From an uncultured Gammaproteobacteria bacterium (GTDB lineage: Bacteria > Patescibacteriota > Patescibacteriia > Magasanikbacterales > UBA922): a DNA stretch of 64,000 nt. The position numbers were made by a program, and so were the translations under genes. The stretch is taken from positions 85,963-149,962 of the forward strand of contig CAZMHV010000001.1 in assembly GCA_964566225.1 (NCBI GenBank), given 5' to 3'. The notes under the pieces are model-generated. The model was not told where the DNA came from. It worked only from the letters and a program-made list of their open reading frames with translations, and ran no database searches. Positions 59,447 to 64,000 of this stretch are shown here, one piece after another (the first letter of the stretch is position 1; every line of letters starts with the position of its first letter).

Positions 59447-59657
59447 TTTCTCTGCCCGCTCAAAGGTATGAGCTAGGTGAAGAGAAAAGGGACAATGGCT
59501 GCCAGAAGCAGCGCACTGCCGAGGAGCGCAAAAAACTCAGGGAGAGTAATTTTTTTCATCGCATTCCTTCAAATACTTTGTTTGATCTTGTATAACACGT
59601 ATCCTTGCTTTTGTCAATTCTTTTTGGTACCATCAATACGTATGAATTTATTCTAAA

Positions 59658-62588
59658 ATGTCTCAAAAACCTCTCAACCAAGCCCAAAAACAGGCTGTCG
59701 AATACACCGACGGCCCTCTTTTGATTGTCGCAGGAGCAGGGACAGGGAAAACAACGGTTATTACAGAAAAAATCCTTTATTTGATTGAAGAGAAAAAGGT
59801 AGATCCGGCCAACATCCTCGCCCTCACCTTCACCGAAAAAGCAGCCAAAGAAATGGAAGAGCGTGTAGAGTCAATGCTTGGCCTTGGTATTTATGACATG
59901 CATATTTCCACTTTTCATGCTTTTTGTCAGGAAATGCTCGAAGAATATGGACTGGAGGTTGGACTTCCAAATCAGTTCAAACTCATGACTGATACCGATG
60001 CTTGGTTGCTCATGCGCGAATATATTTATAATTTTGATCTTGATTATTACCGACCACTTGGCAACCCAACTCGCCATGTTCATGAAATGCTCAAGCACTT
60101 TAGTAAGTGCAAAGACGAACTCATTACGCCAGCGCAGTATTTGGAGTATGCGGAAAATTTGAAACTTGATGGTGACGATGTGCATACTGAAGAGAGGAAT
60201 AAATATATTGAAATTGCCAACGCGTATCACAAATATAATCAATTGCTGCTTGATAATAGTGCACTCGACTTTGGTGATTTGATTTTTTATACCATTAAAC
60301 TTATTCAAGAACGGCCTTCTGTCAAAAAGAAATTTCAGGACAGATTCAAATATATTTTGGTAGATGAGTTTCAAGATGTGAACTGGGCGCAGTATGTGCT
60401 CACTCGCTTGCTATCGCAGCAGGCTCAGCTGACGGTGGTGGGGGACGATGATCAATCAATTTATGCATTCCGGGGCGCCTCTGTCTCCAACATTCTTCGT
60501 TTTCAAGAAGATTTTTCAAATGCCAAAAATATTGTGCTCAATGAAAACTATCGTTCAGGCCAAGAAGTGCTCGATATTGCTTATACTTCAATTCAAAACA
60601 ACAATCCAGATCGCTTGGAAGTGAAACTTCAAATTGATAAAAAATTGCAGTCACTCGGCGCAATTCAAAAATCTGAGGTGCAACATGTGCATGCCCCCAC
60701 ACTCGACGACGAAGTAAAATCAGTGGTTCAAGAAATTATCACACTCAAACAAGAAAATCCCGAAACTGTGTGGGACGACTTTGCTATTTTGGTGCGTGCC
60801 AACAGTCATGCCGAGCCATTTATCCGTGGACTTCAAAATGCGGGTATTCCGTACGAATTTTTGGCAGCAGTAGGTCTGTTTAAACAACCCATTGTCATGG
60901 ATGCGATCAATTTTTTTAAGGTTGTTGATTATCACCATGACTCACCAGCCATGTATCGTGTACTGCGCATGCCTTGTTTGCAATTTTCTGAGGAGGATAT
61001 GCAAAAGGTGACCAGCACTGCCAAACAGAAAACTCTTTCTTACTATGAAATTATAAAACGTGCGGCAGAGTTTCACTTGTCACCCGAGGGCATTGAGGTT
61101 GGTAATAAAATTATTGGTCTCATTCAAGAAACTGTCCAAAAAGCCAGAACCGAAAAACCATCCAAACTTTTGCATCACTTCTTTGAAGAAAGTGGTTGTT
61201 CCAAATACCTTATTCAAAAAGAATCAGAGGGCGATAGTACTATTATTCATCAAGTGCACCACTTGCAACAATTTTTTGAAATGCTTGCACGCTACGAAGA
61301 AAATACTCCAGATGCTCACCTGAAAGGATTTTTGGAACAATACAACTACATTCTCGAAGCTGGTGACGAAGGCCGTATGTTTCAGCCAAGTGACACCCCA
61401 GACTCAGTTAACATTATGACCATTCATGGTTCAAAGGGGCTCGAGTTCAAGTATGTTTTTATCGTCAATATGGTGGAAGACCGGTTTCCTACACGCCGAC
61501 GTGGTGAAGCCATTGAACTTCCAGAAGATTTAATCAACGAAAAATTGCCAGAGGGGGATTATCACCTCCAAGAAGAACGTCGTTTGTTTTACGTAGCCAT
61601 GACTCGTGCCAAAGAGCGATTGTATTTTACCAGTGGCAAAAATTACGGGGGAGTGCGAGAAAAAAAACTGAGTCGATTTCTTACTGAACTTGGATACAGC
61701 GATGAATCTACACAAACCTCAAAAGTAAATGATATCCAATTTGTCTCACCTACAATACTCGTTGAACACAAATCTTCGTATCAAATCCCCAAAACATATT
61801 CTTTTTCTCAAATCCAAACCTACGAAGCTTGTCCCTACCGTTACAAACTTGCTAACATTATTAAAATTCCAACCAAGAGTACTGCCAGTTTTAGTTTTGG
61901 GACAAGCATGCATAGCACTCTACAAAAATTTTATCAGCAAGTAAAAGACTTGAATGAACACAAACAAGCAAACCTATTTGATATATCGTCGTCAGTAACA
62001 GAGATACCAACTGGAGTAAAAGTTCCATCATTTGAGGATCTCATGAAACTCTACGAAGAAAATTTTATCACTGACTGGTACAAAGATAAACACCAACGCG
62101 AAGAGTACTTCAAAAATGGCAAAGATATTCTCAAAACATTTTACAAAGCGCACGAAAATAACTGGCGTGTCCCTGTGGCACTCGAAAGTTCTTTCAAAAT
62201 ACAAATAGGTGATTATGTGCTCAAGGGTCGTATTGACCGTATTGATAAATTGATTGATAATACACTTGAAATCATTGACTACAAAACGGGAAAGAGCAAA
62301 GAAAAGCTTACCAGTGACGATAAACAGCAGCTCCTCATTTACCAAATAGTGGCCGAAACTATTCCAGCCTATAAAAATCTTGGAGAAGTGAGCAAGCTGA
62401 CATTTTATTATCTCAATGATAATATACAAACATCCTTTGTCGGCACAGACAAAGAACTTGAAAAGCTTAGAGACAAAATTACGAGTACTCTCGACCATAT
62501 CAAACAAGGAGATTTTGCCCCGGCACCAAATCCTGTTATTTGTGCCAACTGTGACTATCGTGATATTTGTGAATATAGAATGCTGTAA
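59658..62588 (+). CDS. UvrD/PcrA-family helicase fused to a C-terminal PD-(D/E)xK nuclease domain with a Cys cluster (AddA/AddB-like)
   Basis: Walker A AGAGTGKTT, helicase motifs (DEFQD, VGDDDQSIY) and the C-terminal IDYKTGK...CANCDYRDICEY. Confidence 0.8.
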   Translation: MSQKPLNQAQKQAVEYTDGPLLIVAGAGTGKTTVITEKILYLIEEKKVDPANILALTFTEKAAKEMEERVESMLGLGIYDMHISTFHAFCQEMLEEYGLEVGLPNQFKLMTDTDAWLLMREYIYNFDLDYYRPLGNPTRHVHEMLKHFSKCKDELITPAQYLEYAENLKLDGDDVHTEERNKYIEIANAYHKYNQLLLDNSALDFGDLIFYTIKLIQERPSVKKKFQDRFKYILVDEFQDVNWAQYVLTRLLSQQAQLTVVGDDDQSIYAFRGASVSNILRFQEDFSNAKNIVLNENYRSGQEVLDIAYTSIQNNNPDRLEVKLQIDKKLQSLGAIQKSEVQHVHAPTLDDEVKSVVQEIITLKQENPETVWDDFAILVRANSHAEPFIRGLQNAGIPYEFLAAVGLFKQPIVMDAINFFKVVDYHHDSPAMYRVLRMPCLQFSEEDMQKVTSTAKQKTLSYYEIIKRAAEFHLSPEGIEVGNKIIGLIQETVQKARTEKPSKLLHHFFEESGCSKYLIQKESEGDSTIIHQVHHLQQFFEMLARYEENTPDAHLKGFLEQYNYILEAGDEGRMFQPSDTPDSVNIMTIHGSKGLEFKYVFIVNMVEDRFPTRRRGEAIELPEDLINEKLPEGDYHLQEERRLFYVAMTRAKERLYFTSGKNYGGVREKKLSRFLTELGYSDESTQTSKVNDIQFVSPTILVEHKSSYQIPKTYSFSQIQTYEACPYRYKLANIIKIPTKSTASFSFGTSMHSTLQKFYQQVKDLNEHKQANLFDISSSVTEIPTGVKVPSFEDLMKLYEENFITDWYKDKHQREEYFKNGKDILKTFYKAHENNWRVPVALESSFKIQIGDYVLKGRIDRIDKLIDNTLEIIDYKTGKSKEKLTSDDKQQLLIYQIVAETIPAYKNLGEVSKLTFYYLNDNIQTSFVGTDKELEKLRDKITSTLDHIKQGDFAPAPNPVICANCDYRDICEYRML

Positions 62589-62591
62589 ACT

Positions 62592-62888
62592 ATGCCGTTT
62601 TCTTCCATGGCCGATGCGCTCAAAAGTAAAATGGGTACCCAGTCACCACTCCGGGTACAAGTTGAAACTGCTCTTTTGATACAAGCTGCAGAAAAAGCCT
62701 TTCAAGAATTGTTTGGTGAAGAGACCAAACACCTCAAGGTGCTCTATCTCAAAAACCGAACTCTTACGATTACCTGTCACAGTTCTGTCGTTGCCCAAGA
62801 AATTAGGCTGAATCAAGCCAAAATAATCGAAAAATTGAACCAGAGTTTCCCTGGTGCCGGTATAGACCGTATTCGTTACCTCAGCTAA
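62592..62888 (+). CDS. dciA: DciA/DUF721-family protein (putative replicative helicase loader)
   Basis: 98 aa. LKNRTLTITCHSSVVAQEIRLNQAKIIEKLN...IDRIRY matches the DUF721 consensus (tLtv.v.ssawaqeL......i...LN.....i..irf). Confidence 0.55.
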   Translation: MPFSSMADALKSKMGTQSPLRVQVETALLIQAAEKAFQELFGEETKHLKVLYLKNRTLTITCHSSVVAQEIRLNQAKIIEKLNQSFPGAGIDRIRYLS

Positions 62889-62894
62889 CTTGAT

Positions 62895-63317
62895 TTGCAG
62901 GCCAAAATAGGCTACAATTTGTACACTATGAACCTCAGACAATACTTGAGTATTATGGTACTCGCCACGCTTTTATGCCTTTCAGCTTGGGGAATTGTTT
63001 TGTTTAACATTGATCCAGAGCGTGATAGTAATATTGGCCATATATTTTTTTACATTACATTGTTTTTTTCCCTGGTAGGGACGATTTCTTTGCTTAATTT
63101 TGGGTTGTATCGAATGGTCACCAAATCAGATTATCCGTTGTTCCGTTTGGTTCAAAAAAGTTTTCGAAATGGTATGATTGGTTCGACCTTAGTGATTTGT
63201 ATGCTCTGGTTACAAGTATTACATATTTTAAATATTTGGACTGGGGCCATGTTTATTATTTTATTTCTTTCTATTGCGTTTTTTAAACTGTCTACTCGTT
63301 CACACGAAAAATCTTAA
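62895..63317 (+). CDS. Hypothetical membrane protein (140 aa, four TM helices)
   Basis: Hydrophobic ORF with no recognisable motif. Confidence 0.4.
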   Translation: MQAKIGYNLYTMNLRQYLSIMVLATLLCLSAWGIVLFNIDPERDSNIGHIFFYITLFFSLVGTISLLNFGLYRMVTKSDYPLFRLVQKSFRNGMIGSTLVICMLWLQVLHILNIWTGAMFIILFLSIAFFKLSTRSHEKS

Positions 63318-63323
63318 ATAGCT

Positions 63324-64000
63324 ATGAGACAATCACACTTGTTTGGAAAAACTGTACGCGAAACTCCAAAAGATGTTGGAAACAAAAGTACCGAGTATTT
63401 ACTTCGGGGGAGTTTTATTGCTGAATCTGTTGCTGGAAGATATTACATGCTGCCACTCGGTATGCGAGTGCAAGATAAAATTATGAAAGTGGTTGAAGAA
63501 GAAATGAATGCGACTGGCGCTCAAAAAATGATTACTCCAACACTCCATCCACTCGAACTTTGGAAAGAAACCAATCGAACTTCATCGGCTGGTTTTGAAC
63601 TCATGAAAGTAGTTGATCGCAGAGGTGGCGAATTTGCTATTGGTGGAACGGCCGAAGAAATGTTTGTTGATCTTGTTCGCAAATATACCATCAGTTATAA
63701 AGATTTGCCTTTTACACTCTATCAATTTTCTCAAAAATTTCGTGATGAAATGCGTGCTCGAGGAGGGCTTTTGCGTGTGCGTGAGTTTATGATGAAAGAT
63801 GCGTACTCATTTCATGCAAATGAATCTGATTTTCGTAAAGAGTATGAAAGTATGTGGAAAGCGTATTCACGTATTTTTACTCGGCTTGGACTGAGAACCC
63901 TGGTAGCTGAATCTGACAATGGATATATTGGAGGTGAATACTGTCACGAATTTATTGTCGAGTCAGAAGTAGGGGAAAGTAAAATTCTCGCAACAGAAGA
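63324..64000 (+). CDS. proS: Proline--tRNA ligase, N-terminal part (3' end truncated by the window edge)
   Basis: Manual translation from the ATG at 63324 gives MRQSHLFGKTVRETPKDV...GYIGGEYCHEF. Class II motifs are present and the ORF is open to the window end. Confidence 0.8.
   Translation, partial: MRQSHLFGKTVRETPKDVGNKSTEYLLRGSFIAESVAGRYYMLPLGMRVQDKIMKVVEEEMNATGAQKMITPTLHPLELWKETNRTSSAGFELMKVVDRRGGEFAIGGTAEEMFVDLVRKYTISYKDLPFTLYQFSQKFRDEMRARGGLLRVREFMMKDAYSFHANESDFRKEYESMWKAYSRIFTRLGLRTLVAESDNGYIGGEYCHEFIVESEVGESKILATE

Noticed and set aside
59871-62507. Minus-strand ORFs (167 and 159 aa) inside the helicase-nuclease gene
   Set aside because: Antisense shadows of a gene with clear SF1 helicase motifs.

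Overview
This is a 64-kb window from an AT-rich, small-genome bacterium, roughly 35-40% GC by eye. The gene content looks Patescibacteria/CPR-like: a priA-def-fmt neighbourhood, a minimal atpZBEFHAGDC operon, a DciA-type DUF721 gene, a DUF5671-like membrane protein, and weak or absent Shine-Dalgarno sequences. That lineage call is inference.

The backbone is mostly housekeeping genes: the dnaE 3' end, tsaD, hup, rny, priA, def, fmt, rsmI, mreB, ribA, ribD, holB, frr, glyQS, an M16 peptidase, a full F1Fo ATP synthase operon, a SulP transporter, an MsbA-like ABC exporter, rsmE, corA, typA/bipA, a UvrD/AddA-like helicase-nuclease, dciA, and the proS 5' end. It also carries one tRNA-Glu(CUC) and a cell-envelope polysaccharide cluster (flippase, GT1, GT2, O-antigen-ligase-like).

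Several non-backbone signals overlie this:
1. Five visibly high-GC single-gene cassettes sit in the AT-rich backbone. Each has a sigma70-like promoter and/or a GC-rich, T-less hairpin terminator. They encode a P-loop ATPase, a GNAT-ASCH fusion, a lipoprotein, a 364-aa unknown protein and a PadR-like winged-helix protein. One splits def from fmt and another sits inside the polysaccharide cluster.
2. Two near-identical palindromic elements of about 105-110 bp, each with a GC-rich core and AT-rich arms, lie in inverted orientation around a 4-kb block encoding a GT2 synthase, a DUF4012 protein and MreB.
3. A GNAT-unknown-ASCH three-domain protein lies next to a stand-alone ASCH gene and tsaD. This may be an RNA acetylation writer/reader module.
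4. An internalin-type LRR protein gene sits between ribA and ribD.
5. An RHH plus RelE/ParE-like toxin-antitoxin pair is present.
6. A 27-aa Cys-rich micro-ORF lies upstream of the ABC exporter.
7. One secreted protein has a PEF/PEP-CTERM-like tail.
8. PriA appears to lack its Walker A motif.

No rRNA, CRISPR array, transposase or integrase was seen.
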